A stretch of 64,000 bases of DNA from a virus. Both the position numbers and the translations under genes were made by a program. Below the pieces are notes generated by a model. It was not told the origin of the DNA. It saw only the letters and a program-made list of their open reading frames with translations, and made no database searches. The first letter of the stretch is position 1. Each line of letters starts with the position of its first letter. The stretch lies in IMG/VR virus record IMGVR_UViG_3300047334_000085. One strand, 5' to 3'. Of the stretch, positions 45,289 to 57,200 are shown one piece after another.

Positions 45289-46176
45289 ATTCCCTATCTT
45301 ATCGCGTCCGGCATAGGCGCCGTCGGTTCGATCGCATCCGGGATCTTCGGCGCCGGCGCCGAAAGCAAAGCCGCGAAAGCCGAGGAACAGGCGTTTCGCG
45401 AGGCAACGAACCTCGAAGAGCAAAATTACGCCACGGCGCAACAAGCCTATGCGCCGTATCAAGCCGCCGGCACCAACGCGCTGGCGCAAATCCAGAAGCT
45501 GCTGAACATCGGACCCGGCACCGCAGGCAACGCGACCGATCCCATCCTGCAAATGCTGGGCATCGGCGGCGGCGGTGCGGGCATCAACCCGGCCACATTC
45601 CAGGCATCACCCGGTTACCAGTACGCCTTGCAGCAGGGCACGCAGGCGGTGAACAACGCCGCCGCGACCGGTGGCGGGGTGGGCGGCAACGCGCTCAAGC
45701 AGTTGCAGGCCACTGGCCAGGGCCTCGCCAATCAGAACTTCACCAACTATCTCAACAGCGCCAGCGGCGCGTTCCAGGGGCTTCTCGGAAACCTCGGCGG
45801 TCTGGTTTCCACCGGCCAGAACGCCACCAACTCGATTTCCAGCCTCGGTGCCAACGTCGCCAAACAGGCGGGTGCCAACGCCATCGGCGCCGGCGAGGCG
45901 CAAGGCTCGGGCATCGTCGGTTCGTCCAATGCGCTGTGGGGTGGCATTACCAACGCGCTGAACAACATCGGCGGCGGGCTGACCGGCGGACCTGGCACCG
46001 GCGGGGCTCCTAACGGCGGCGGCGGCGTCAATGCGCTGCTGTATGCGCTGATGAACCAAGGCGGAGCGCCCATTCCAGGCCAGCCAAGCGCCTATGCCGG
46101 GCAGATGGTCGATACCTCCGGCTGGGGTGCGCCGGTGGGGCCGAACAACATTCCGGCCACCGTCTGGAATAACTGA
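45289..46176 (+). CDS. Gly/Asn/Ala-rich internal-virion/ejection-type protein, probable non-canonical ATT start
   Basis: The track ORF starts at ATG 45553, but the same frame is open from 45262 and protein-like (PYLIASGIGAVGSIASGIFGAGAESKAAKAEEQAF...). GGAGG (45278-45282) sits 6 nt before ATT 45289. Contains a FQASPGYQYALQQG motif. Confidence 0.5.
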   Translation: MPYLIASGIGAVGSIASGIFGAGAESKAAKAEEQAFREATNLEEQNYATAQQAYAPYQAAGTNALAQIQKLLNIGPGTAGNATDPILQMLGIGGGGAGINPATFQASPGYQYALQQGTQAVNNAAATGGGVGGNALKQLQATGQGLANQNFTNYLNSASGAFQGLLGNLGGLVSTGQNATNSISSLGANVAKQAGANAIGAGEAQGSGIVGSSNALWGGITNALNNIGGGLTGGPGTGGAPNGGGGVNALLYALMNQGGAPIPGQPSAYAGQMVDTSGWGAPVGPNNIPATVWNN

Positions 46177-48281
46177 TGGGCCTCGATCCGACCCTCGTTA
46201 ACGGCTTCCGGCCGACCCCGATCGGGCCGGACATCGGCACCATGATGCAGAACGCGCAAGCGATGATGCAGGTCGATGCCGCGAAGCAGCAGATGGGCCG
46301 GCAGAACGCGCTGCGCGGCATCCTCTCGCAGCCGGGCGCGATCGACGACAAGGGCAACCCGACCCCGGATGTGATGAAACAGGTCTACGGCATCGATCCG
46401 CAGGCCGGGATGGCGTTGCAGCAGAACATGCTGGTCAACCAGCAGCGCCAGCTCCAGACCGACATGCTGAAGTCCAAGGCGTTCAGCGACAAAATGGACC
46501 TCATGAGCGACGCCTACGCGCCGATCTACGAGACGTATCAGGATGAGGTGAAGGCCGGAGCGACGCCGGAGCAAGCCGGGGCGCATGCGCAGGAGGGCAT
46601 TACCGCCGCATACAACAGGCTGAAAGAGGGCGGAGCGCTGACGCCGCAGGAAGTGCAAAACCTGCCGACGCAATGGGACCCGACCAAAATCGGGCAGTTT
46701 GTCCAGGGATCGAAGAACTTTCAGGAGTGGCGGTCCAATCAGGCGAAGGCGGCGAAGGATCAGCGCACCGAGGCGCGCGAGGAAGAGTCGCTGAAGGAGC
46801 GCGAGCGGCACGACCGGGCGGAAGAAGGCCGGACCGATTTTGGCCCCGTGGTGCAAGGCATCGTCACGCAGGACGGCAAGCCGGTTCGCGTCATGGCGCA
46901 GCAGAACAGGCAGACCGGCGAATGGGTGTCAGCCGACGGCGACCGCAGACCGCTCGACAAGACGTTTCAAATCCAGAAGCCGCCGGCTGCGGGTTCGGTT
47001 GCGGAAACCCGTGAGCGGTTTCGTGACGACCTCGACGCTGACCCGGAGTGGAAGAACCGCTCCAACATCGACAAAGACATGGAGGTGGAAAGCCGCATCA
47101 AGATCGCCCAGGGCACCAAGAGCGACCCTGCGGCGTGGGATTCGCTGGCCGAAGAAATCGCTTCGTATCGCACCGCGCCGCTGTCCGGCTTTGCCAAGGT
47201 CCGCCCTGGCGGGCCGGAGGTGATGGCACGGGTGATGAAGCTGAACCCGGACTATGAGGAAGGGCGCTTCCAGGAAGTCAACCGCGCCATGATCGAGTTT
47301 GGCCCCGGCAAGAAGGGCGACACGATCCGGTCTTTGAACACCGCTGTGCAGCATCTCGATGTGCTGGATAAGGCTGCTGACGCGCTGAACAATGGCAATG
47401 TCGCGCTGTTCAATCGTCTCGCGAACACGATTGCGATTGAGTTTGGGGTGCCGGCGCCGACCAATTTCAACGGCTTGAAACAGATTGTCGGCACCGAACT
47501 GCAAAAGGCCATCGGGGGCGGCATCGGCGCCGAATCCGACCGCGCACAATTCGGCAAGGCCCTTGATGCGTCCAATTCGCGTGAAGCGCTGGGCGCTGTG
47601 ATCAACAGTTTCAAGCTGCTGATGGGCGGACAGGCGAGGACGCTGAAGCAGCAATACGAGGATTCGACCAACTTCACATCGGGGCCGTTTGCGTTCGAAA
47701 AGAAACTGCTGCCCGAAACCATCCAGCAACTCGGGCTGTCTTCGGGCGAAAGCGGAAAGGCGGGCGCGGGCGAAACAGCAAAGCCGCCGCCAGAAGTTAT
47801 GACCAGCGCCGGCGGAAGATGGCCGGAAGGCACGCAGATCCCGCCCGATGCGGTGAAAAATCTACAGCAACACCCGGAAACCGCCGATGCGTTCAGCAGG
47901 AATTTCGGCGTCGGGGCGACGAAGCAAATCCTTGGCGACAAGATGCCAGGCGAGAAGAAGGCCGACACAACACCGGCCAAGAAGGACGAAGGAGCCAAGC
48001 CGCAGGGCGCGGTCGAGGTGCCCGCAGCGCGTGCCAAGGACCCCGACGGCACGACCTATAACGGCGGCAAATTCGTCAAGCGCGGCGGCTACCTCGTGCC
48101 GCTGACCGCGCAGGATAATGCCGCCGCCGCCAAGCCCGGTGCGACGCAGCCAAAGACCGCCATTCCGCCACGTCCGGCGCGTGTGCCGCGCGGCAGCGTC
48201 TACAGCCCAAGCCGTCAGATGTGGCGTGATTCCACCGGACGGCTCTACGACGCCGACGGCAATGCGTTCCCGGCGCCATAA
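46176..48281 (+). CDS. Internal-virion/ejection-type protein (701 aa)
   Basis: TGATG coupling on both sides. The assignment rests on position, like P22 gp20. Confidence 0.65.
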   Translation: MGLDPTLVNGFRPTPIGPDIGTMMQNAQAMMQVDAAKQQMGRQNALRGILSQPGAIDDKGNPTPDVMKQVYGIDPQAGMALQQNMLVNQQRQLQTDMLKSKAFSDKMDLMSDAYAPIYETYQDEVKAGATPEQAGAHAQEGITAAYNRLKEGGALTPQEVQNLPTQWDPTKIGQFVQGSKNFQEWRSNQAKAAKDQRTEAREEESLKERERHDRAEEGRTDFGPVVQGIVTQDGKPVRVMAQQNRQTGEWVSADGDRRPLDKTFQIQKPPAAGSVAETRERFRDDLDADPEWKNRSNIDKDMEVESRIKIAQGTKSDPAAWDSLAEEIASYRTAPLSGFAKVRPGGPEVMARVMKLNPDYEEGRFQEVNRAMIEFGPGKKGDTIRSLNTAVQHLDVLDKAADALNNGNVALFNRLANTIAIEFGVPAPTNFNGLKQIVGTELQKAIGGGIGAESDRAQFGKALDASNSREALGAVINSFKLLMGGQARTLKQQYEDSTNFTSGPFAFEKKLLPETIQQLGLSSGESGKAGAGETAKPPPEVMTSAGGRWPEGTQIPPDAVKNLQQHPETADAFSRNFGVGATKQILGDKMPGEKKADTTPAKKDEGAKPQGAVEVPAARAKDPDGTTYNGGKFVKRGGYLVPLTAQDNAAAAKPGATQPKTAIPPRPARVPRGSVYSPSRQMWRDSTGRLYDADGNAFPAP

Positions 48282-51200
48282 TGCCGCTTGACCAGCAAAA
48301 CCTCCCCGATGATTGGGCTGTCGCCGCTGACGATGACCCCGAGGAAGGCCGCCGCGCCAAGGCGGCGTTCGAGCGCAACAAGGCGTGGACCAAGCCCGGC
48401 GCGAGAGATTTCACCACCACGCTGTCACCGGCCGAGGAAAAGAAGTTCCAGGCGTGGGTGAAAGCCAACGATATCCCCAACGATGACAGCCCGCAGGCCG
48501 ATTACGACATGCGCGGCTACTGGAAAGCCTCGCAGGACCCGAAAACCTGGAAGAAGCTACAGACCGAGGGGAAGATACCCGAGGACGTCGAACCGGCCGG
48601 AACCAAGGTCGATCCGAATGACGGCAAGCCGCACTACCCGGACTGGTGGAAAACGCCGTTTCACGAGACGTTCTCGAATGAAAGCCAGTGGGCGGACCCG
48701 GCCAAGGCGCCGAAGTGGAACGCCAAGGACCAGCTTGTTGGCCTAGACGGAAAGGTGCTTTTCGACGATCGGGACCGGGCCAAGCGGCCAGACCAGAACG
48801 CCGATGCGTTTGTCCCGGATGCGCCGGCGGGTGATCAGTTCGTCCCGGATCCGCCCACGGGGCAAGCGCGGGCAAATCCGGGAACTGGCGCGGGCGCAAA
48901 TGACTGGCTGGTACCCGAAGAGGACGGTAGCGCAGCGCAGCCGGGCGCGGCAAGCCCGGCGGTGCCACCGGTGGATGATCTGGGCAATCCGATCGATACA
49001 GGCGGTGCGCCGCAGCCAGCCGCCGCGAGCGGTGCCGGACAGCCTGCCGCAGCGCAGACCATGCCACCGCTCGATGAGTTGGGTATCGGGCAGATGGACC
49101 CGAAAACCGGTCAATTGCCTCCCGGCATGCAAACCGCAAACCCGCTGGATATTCCGCAGTTTGGCGCCAATTGGCTGAAAAACATGGGGGAAGACTGGCG
49201 GACCGGCTTTGCGGACAAGCCAGGATACACGTATGGCCAAGTGCTGCCCTATGCGACGAACCAGCAGACCGGCGCGGTCGAATGGGGACATCAGCCGGAA
49301 TGGGGCCGCCAAATCCTGCGCGGTCTTGGCATCAGCCCGCTCCAGTTCGACATCACCAATCCACAGCAACGCGCGGATGTCGGCGCGGCCACCTTTGCGC
49401 TGGCTCCGGCGCTGTTCCCGGCGATGCGTGGCGGACGTTTTCCCGCCGCGACCGAACCGCCAGCCGGGCCGAAACCGCGTGTTGAGCCGCCGCCTGTTGG
49501 CGGAGGACCGACGGCCGGACCTGATGGCGGTCCATCGCCGCCGCCATCGGGCGGACCGGGCGGCGCGGCGTCCGAACTCGATGATATGTGGCGCGATTTC
49601 AAGAGAAAGCACGGCTATGACCCGCGCACGGAAGATGCGCCAAAGGCCGAGCAACCGCTTGGACCGGCGACGCTGGACGAACCGGCGCCGCCACCTGCGG
49701 CATCCGAAACGCCAGCGCCGGCACTGGAGCAAGCCAAGCCGGAAGAGTTCGTGCCCGACGAACCAGAAAAGGCGAAACCGCAAGCCGAGCCGGAAAAGAG
49801 CACCCGCGTCACCTTCTTTGACCAGAACCGGGGCGAATACGCGACCGGCACGCTCGTCGGCGTCCGGCCGGACGGGATTTATGTCGTTGACCAGGCAGCG
49901 GGCGCTTATACGCTCGTGCACCCCGGATCAGTGGTTGATACCCGCGAGGTCACGGCTGCGCCAACTGCTGATGAACCGGCAGGACCCGATAGTACGAACA
50001 CCCCGCCGCCAACCGAAAACGCCGGGCAGCAAGGCCCCGGAAAGTCCGGGCCGACGGCGGCGGCCGGCGGAGAAACCGCTGGGGCCGGCGCTGATCTCCC
50101 GGCTGGTGCTCCTGAAAAGCCGCAACCGCGCACCGTCAGCGAAATCCAGGCGGAAGACGGCGTTCCGCTCGGCACGGCGGTGCAGACCCATGAGGCGGAG
50201 AAGCTGGCAGCGGAAACCCCGCCAGCGGTCATACCGCCCGACGGCGAGCCGCCGCCCGAAGACCTGAAGAGCGCGCATGAAGGCCCGTGGGAAACGGCCG
50301 GAAAGAACGCTGAAGGCGAGACGGTTTACCGCAACCCGAAAGGCCGGATGGCGACGTTCGATGCCGGCGTGCCGTGGCTGGGTGCGGCGGACGGTTCGGA
50401 TGACGACAACGAGCGGCTGAAGGTGGTCGAGCCTGCCGAGGGCAAAACCAAGGGGAAAACCAAGGGCGAAACCAAGGGTGAAACCCCCGAAAGTGAGCCT
50501 GAAGCCGAGGTGCCGAAGGCGCGGCCGGTCGAGCAAATCCAGGCCGAGGATGGTGTCGGGCTCGGGACGGCGGTGCAGAAGCACGAGGACGAAAAAGCCG
50601 CAGAGCAAGCGGCGGAGAATGTCAAGACCGATAAATCCCCGGATGATTTATCGTTTAACGGCGAGCCCGCCGGCGAAGCCGCCGAACCGGCGGTGAAGCC
50701 CAAACGTGAAACCGCGAAAAGACCGCCGACCGCAACAGAGATTGCGGCAGAGCAACGCCCACCGCGCACCGGGGCAGAGCGGCCGTCTTACTGGATGAAC
50801 GAACCCGAAATCGACGAAGCAATCGACCGCTGGCGCGATGACCCGTTGTTGGGACCGACGACACGCTGGCTCGGCGAGTATCGGGATGCGGTCAACCGCA
50901 ACTCAGACGGCTGGCCGCATTGGGGCGGCAAGGTCGCCGAAACCCTGATGGGATTGATCCAACAGGCTGACCCGCGCTTTGCAAACTACTTTGACAAGCG
51001 CGGCAGGACGATTTTTCCCAACCGGGCGGAAATCAAAGCGGCGGTAGCGCCGATCAAGGCGTTCGCCACCAAGCACAACTTGAAAATCCCGGATTTCGAA
51101 CTGGAGGCAAAAGAGGCGAAGAAGGCCAACGCTGATGACGAAGCGCCGCCGACCAAACTTAAACCCGGCCAGAAGTTTCACGAAAATCCGGACTCCAAAC

Positions 51201-54200
51201 TCGTGGCTGATACGTTGCGCGATGGGGATCACGTAACGACCGACCAAGGAGACACATTCACCGTCACCTATGTCGGCGCCGTGCACAGGAATAAGCCGGA
51301 ACAGGGGAATATGATCGACGTCCGATGGGACAACGGCAAAGAAGTATCCTATCGCCCAGAAGACCTCGAAAGCGTCCTCGCCCCTCGCCCTTATTTCGAC
51401 GCCACTGGCGAGCGGAAGATGGGCGAGGGAGCAACGATCAAGCGCGCCAAGCCAGGGGCGAAGCCGGAATCAAAAACCGAGGCGCCCGCCGCGAAACCGG
51501 CCGCCAAGCCAGAAGAACCGCCCGCCAAGCCCGAATGGAAGATGACGCTGGACGACCTCGATCCGGCTTACCGGGAACGGCGCTACGGCGATCTCTCGCT
51601 GACGGAGTTTCTGCGCCAGGCGCAGTTGCACGAGGCGATCGGTGCCGCCAACGATGCCAGAAGCCAGACACCGCAGGGGCGCAAGGCGGCGTTCGAACGC
51701 GGCAAACGGCTGTTCAGGCCGGGCGGCTACATCCACATGCACCCGGACGGGCAGAAGCCGCCCACCGAGACGCCGCAAGCGAAGCCCGCACCAGCGCCCG
51801 AACCGCCCAGCCAGGACGACACCCATCCGGCATCGCACGACTGGTCTGTGAAGATCGCCGACACGCTGCGCGATCAGGGGCAGGCCAAGGCCAGCGAGAT
51901 GTTCAACGCCCTGGCGGATGCGAACAATCTGACGCCGGCGCAGCGTGAGAAGCTGCTGACCTATACGCGCGGTGCGACCGACAACCCGGATTGGACACCG
52001 ACGCCCTCGCCGACGCCAAAAACCGACACCAAAGCGCGAGCCGGAACTTCAAATGCGCCATCGGCGCTGCCGAGTGCTGCACAAGAATCGCTGGCGCAGC
52101 AGATGAACCATATCGCCGATCTATGGACGGCACAGGGCCGCCCAGAGGTGGCGGCTGAAATCCGGCGCGGGATGCCGGGCAACCTCACACCGGAGGCCGT
52201 CGCAGAGCAATACCAGAGGCTGCGGAACGCCGCACAGCCTGCGCCCGGCGCAGATGCCAAAACGCCACCAAAGCCCACGCGCATTATCACTCCCGAAGAC
52301 CTGGAACGGGCGGAATTGTTCGACCCGGCGCCCGACACAAGGGATATTCTGGACGCGCGGTTCGCCCTGCCGGACGGCAGCATGATTGCTGGATCGGAAA
52401 ACCAGACGCACAGCGACATTGTGCATGCGCTGGATGACGAGCAGATGAAGCCGTCGGTCACCGATTTCGTCGATGAGACGCATGCCGCCCAGCTTGGGAT
52501 GGCGCCCGAAGACGACCCCAATGCGCTCGATGTGTCGATCCGCTATCCGCTGACGCCGGCGCAAAAAACCGCCGTCGCGCAATACATTGCCGCCCGCGCC
52601 ACTTACAACGACGCGCCGGTGATGGTGCAGTACATGCGCGAGACGTTCCCGGTCGATGGCGCCCGGCAGTTCCAGGGCGAGGTCGCCGCGATCGAGGCGC
52701 AAGCCGATCTGTTCGACGGCGCCGCTGCACCCGCCGCGACTGGGACCGACCGCGTTGAAGTCGTCTTGCCATCAGGCCGGAAGATCAGCCTGCCTAGGCA
52801 AATGACGCAAGCAGCGGTTGAGATCGCTCAAGCCGTAGCCGCAGCCGACGCCCAGGTAACAGCGCTGCGCGACGCGATGGGGACGCCCAACACGACGACG
52901 CTCGCGCGGGCCGGTAATGAGGCGCGCGACGCTATCTTTGCACTCCTGCAAACCGCCGGGAAGCACGGGACAGACGTTGACGATTTGCTTGTGAGCGACC
53001 CGTTCTATGCGGGCTTTATGGGGTTTAGCGAGAAGGTGCCGCTGGCGAAGAACCGCGAGAACGCAGCCGGGATGCTCGCTGCATTTGACGCGCTTCTTGG
53101 GCGGCTGGCGCGCGACCACAAAAAGCTATTTGGCGACATATTCTACACACCAGCGGATCAGCCCGCCGCCGCACCCACACCTGATTTGCAAACGCCGGGC
53201 GAAAACGCCATATCGGAGACCCCGGAGGCCGAAGATGGCGATCGAACCGAAAACAGCGGCGTGGATCAAGCAGCAGGTGGCGGATCTCGCCCATCGCGGT
53301 CTGGCACCCGGAAGCCCAAGGGAAACCGACCTTCTGCGCCACTGGAGCCAGGTTCGACCGAAAATGCTGCACCGACTGGACGCAGCGGGGATGGCGGAGA
53401 AGCTGGCGTTCGTCCTGGATCAGAAGAGGTGGGAGGCACGCCAGCAGTACATAGCGGCGGGGATGCCGCCACCGGACGCGGAGGAACAGGCGACACGGGA
53501 GTGGTGCCTGATGGAGCCGGAGGACGAACCGCAAACCCAGCCGTCACCCGACCCAATTTCCACATTGACGACCCCAAGCGAATAATCGGCGGATCCGGGC
53601 CGAAGCAGCGTTTCGCCCGCAACCGCGCCGCTTTAAGGGCGCTTGAAGACATCCAGGCGGAAGGCCGCGATCCGACCCAGGAAGAACTGGAGACCATGGC
53701 CGGGTTCATCGGCTGGGGATCGTTCGGTCAGGAAGTTTTCCAGGGCAGTTTCGAACGCCAACCCTACCGCGAGGGATGGGAGGAAGAAGGCCGCTGGCTG
53801 CGTGAGCACCTGGGCAGAGAGGCGTGGGAAAGTGCCCGCGACTCCATCCGCAACGCCCATTACACCGACCCGCCTACCGTCGCCGCGATGTGGGACATGG
53901 TTCGCCACATGGGCTTCAGGGGCGGGCGGGTGCTGGAACCGTCCATGGGTGTCGGCAACTTCTTCGGCATGATGCCGCGCGACCTGATGGGTCAAAGCGA
54001 TCTGACCGGCATCGAGAAGGAGAAGACCACCGGCGAAATGGCGAAGCTGCTGTATCCGCACGCTGGTATCCATGTGAAAGGCTACGAGGAAAGCAAAACC
54101 GCCGACAATTTCTATGATCTGGTCATCGGCAACTGGCCGTTCGCGCAGCAAAGCCCGCCCGACCGGCGCTATGACAGGCTTTCACCGGCCTTGCACAATT

Positions 54201-57200
54201 ACTTTTTCCTCAAGGCGCTTGATCAGGTCCGGCCGGGCGGGCTCGTGGTCGGCATCACCAGCAACGGCACAATGGACAGCGTTGGCCGCGCCGCTAGGCT
54301 GGAAATGGCGAAGAAAGGCAAGCTGATTGCTGCGTTCCGCCTGCCGTCCGGTGCGTTCAAGGATTACGCCGGCACCAACGTTGTCGCCGACATCATCATC
54401 TTGCAGAAGCGGGCGGAACCGCTGGCCAATGCCGTCGATGAGCCGTGGATCGATGCCACCGAGATGAGCACCGAGCATGGCGACATAAGGGTGAACCAGT
54501 ACTTCCAGGATCACCCGCAGAACGTGCTTGGCACCCTCGATTGGGGCCACGGCACCACTTCGGGGCGGCCGGGAATGATCGTGCATCGCCCCGACGACCT
54601 GGAGGAACGGCTGCAAGCGCTGCCGGCGACGCTGCCAACGGACGCCTACCAGCCCGTGATGCGCGGACGCGAGCCGCGCTTTCTGATCAACAACACGAAG
54701 GACCGGCAGGGCAACATCGTCATCGCTGACGACGGCCATCTTTATCAGGTTCAGGGCGAGCGGCTGGCTCGGCTTGACGACCTGAAAAGCGGGATGACCA
54801 CGGGTTCGGCCAAGGTGGTGAAGGCGCGCGAAGATCAGGTTCGCCGCATGATCGGGATGCGCAAGACGTATGGCGCGCTGATCGACGCCGAACGTGACGG
54901 CAAGCCGGAAGCCGACACGCTGCGCAAGTCGCTGAAGGCGCAGTACGACCAGTTCCGCGCCGCGCACGGTCCGATCGGTAAATCTGACGGCTTGCGTGTG
55001 CTCGACCGCATGAAGGACCCGGCGCGTTCGGCGGTTGAATCGCTGGAACGGCCGGACGGGACGCCTTCGCCCATTCTGACCGAGCCGACGGTGCGTTCGA
55101 GGCGGAACCTGGAAAACCCCTCGATCGCCGACGCATTTGTCCTGGCGCGCAACGAGCAGGCAAATTTCGACCTCGACCGCGTGGCCGAACTGACCGGCAA
55201 GCCGCGCAACGCGGTTGAGGATGTGTTGCTCGACCAGGGCGCCATCCTGCGAACGCCGGGCGGCGGTTTTCAGGCGACCGACGATTATCTGTCAGGCAAC
55301 GTCCGGCGCAAGCTGCGTGAGGCCAAGGACGCGCTGGCCGCTGGCGACGCCAAAATGCAGCCGTCGATCGACGCGCTGACCAAGGTTTTGCCGCCCGACA
55401 CGCCCTATTACAACATCGAGGCGAAGCTGGGTGCGACCTGGGTGGGTGACGACGCATACCGGGCCTTTATCGGCGACCTGTTGGCTCTGACCCCCGATCA
55501 GCGCGCGGCCGTGGATGTCCGGTTCGCCGGGAGCCGCTGGAAGGTGCGGTTCAATGACCGTTCCATAAACCGCAAGGCTGAGGCCAGGACTGTCCACGGG
55601 CACGAAGATTACCCGTTCAACCAGTTGATGATGGCGGCGATGGGCAACCGGTCCATCAGACTCACCTATAAAGACGCCGACGGCAACGATCACCTTGACG
55701 AGAAGGCGACCGAGGAAGTCAACGCCAAAGTCCAGGATCTCAAAGACAAGTTCACCGACTGGGCGTGGTCAGACCCGGAACGCAAGCTGGCTTTCGAACA
55801 AGCCTTCAACGAGTCGATGAACGCCATCGCCAAACCACACTTTGACGGATCGTTCATGGATCTGTCGGGGATGGCGCTGCGCCGGGGCAACGACCCGTTT
55901 TCGCTGCGCCGGCATCAGATCAACGCCATCTGGCGCGCCGTGGTGCTCGGGCGCGGACTGTTTGCCCATGAGGTCGGCACCGGCAAAAGCTACACCATGG
56001 CTGGCGTCGCGGTTGAAGGGCGCCGCTACGGCAAATTCCGCAAGCCCGTGGTGTTCGCGCACAACGCCAACAGCGCCGCCGTCGCCCAAGAGTTCCAGGA
56101 CATGTACCCGGGCGGCAAATTCTTCTACATCAGCCAGCTAAAGCCGGACGAGATCGCCACCAGCCTGCGCCGCATCGCCAACGAGGACTGGGATGCGGTG
56201 ATCATGCCGCACAGCCTGATTGACCGCATGGCGCTGACCAAGCCGACGCTGATGGCATTGGCGGCGGAACAAATCGCGGAACTGGAAAACGCCGCGATCG
56301 AGGCGGCGGCCGAGGATGACATTACGCTGACGCCGGAAGAGATTTACAGCCTGATCGAAGCGTCCAAAACGGACAAGAAGGCGATGGGGCGCCTGCGCAG
56401 CCCGACCGCGAAGGATGTTGTCCGGCAGATACAGACGCTTCTGAACAACATCGAGAAACAGGCCAACCGCGCCTCGCAAGAGGACGCCGTGCCGTTTGAG
56501 CAACTGGGCATCGACGCCATTTTGGTGGACGAAGCGCACGAGTTCAAAAAGCCGCCGTTCGCCACGGCGATGAAGATGCGCGGGCTGAACAAGAAGGCCA
56601 GCGACCGCTCCATCGCGCTTGATTTCCTGACCAAATACGTCAAGGCCAACAACGCCGGGAAGGGCGTGTTCCTGTTCACCGGGACGCCTGTGACCAACAC
56701 GTTGAACGAAATCTTCAACATGGCTCGCTACTTCATGGATGACCGGATGGAGGAAGCCGGCATCAAGGAGTGGGATGCCTGGTTCAACACCTTCGCCGAC
56801 GCGACCAACGACATCGAACTGACCAGCACCGGCGAGATTGAGCCCGTGAAACGGCTCGCGGCATTCAACAACGTCGATGAACTGGTGCGCCAGATGTCGG
56901 AGTTCGTTGATGTCGTCCAGGCCAAGGACATGCCCGAATTCAAGCCACGGCCGACACCGTCGGGCAAGACCCTGACATCGCCGGATCTGACGCCGGAAGA
57001 GCTTAATTTCCTGATGAACGGCCGGACCCTGAAGCCGGAGGGGCGCCCCTACATCAAGGTGGTCACCGACGTGGGCGAGATGTCGCCCGCCCAGGTGGAG
57101 ATCCTCGACGAACTGCGTGAACTGGCCCGCGAGTTTAAGGCCGCTGACGGGAAGCAGAAAAAGGAGTGGATGCAGCAGGGTGACGAGCGGGTGCCGATCC

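Noticed and set aside
49209-50267. 352-aa +1-frame ORF inside the giant gene, and other alternative-frame + ORFs at 48483, 48804, 50478, 51325, 53643, 58756 and 61416
   Set aside because: Unlike the islands at 53235 and 61983, these translate to Arg/Ser/Pro-rich junk, and the host frame there retains good composition.
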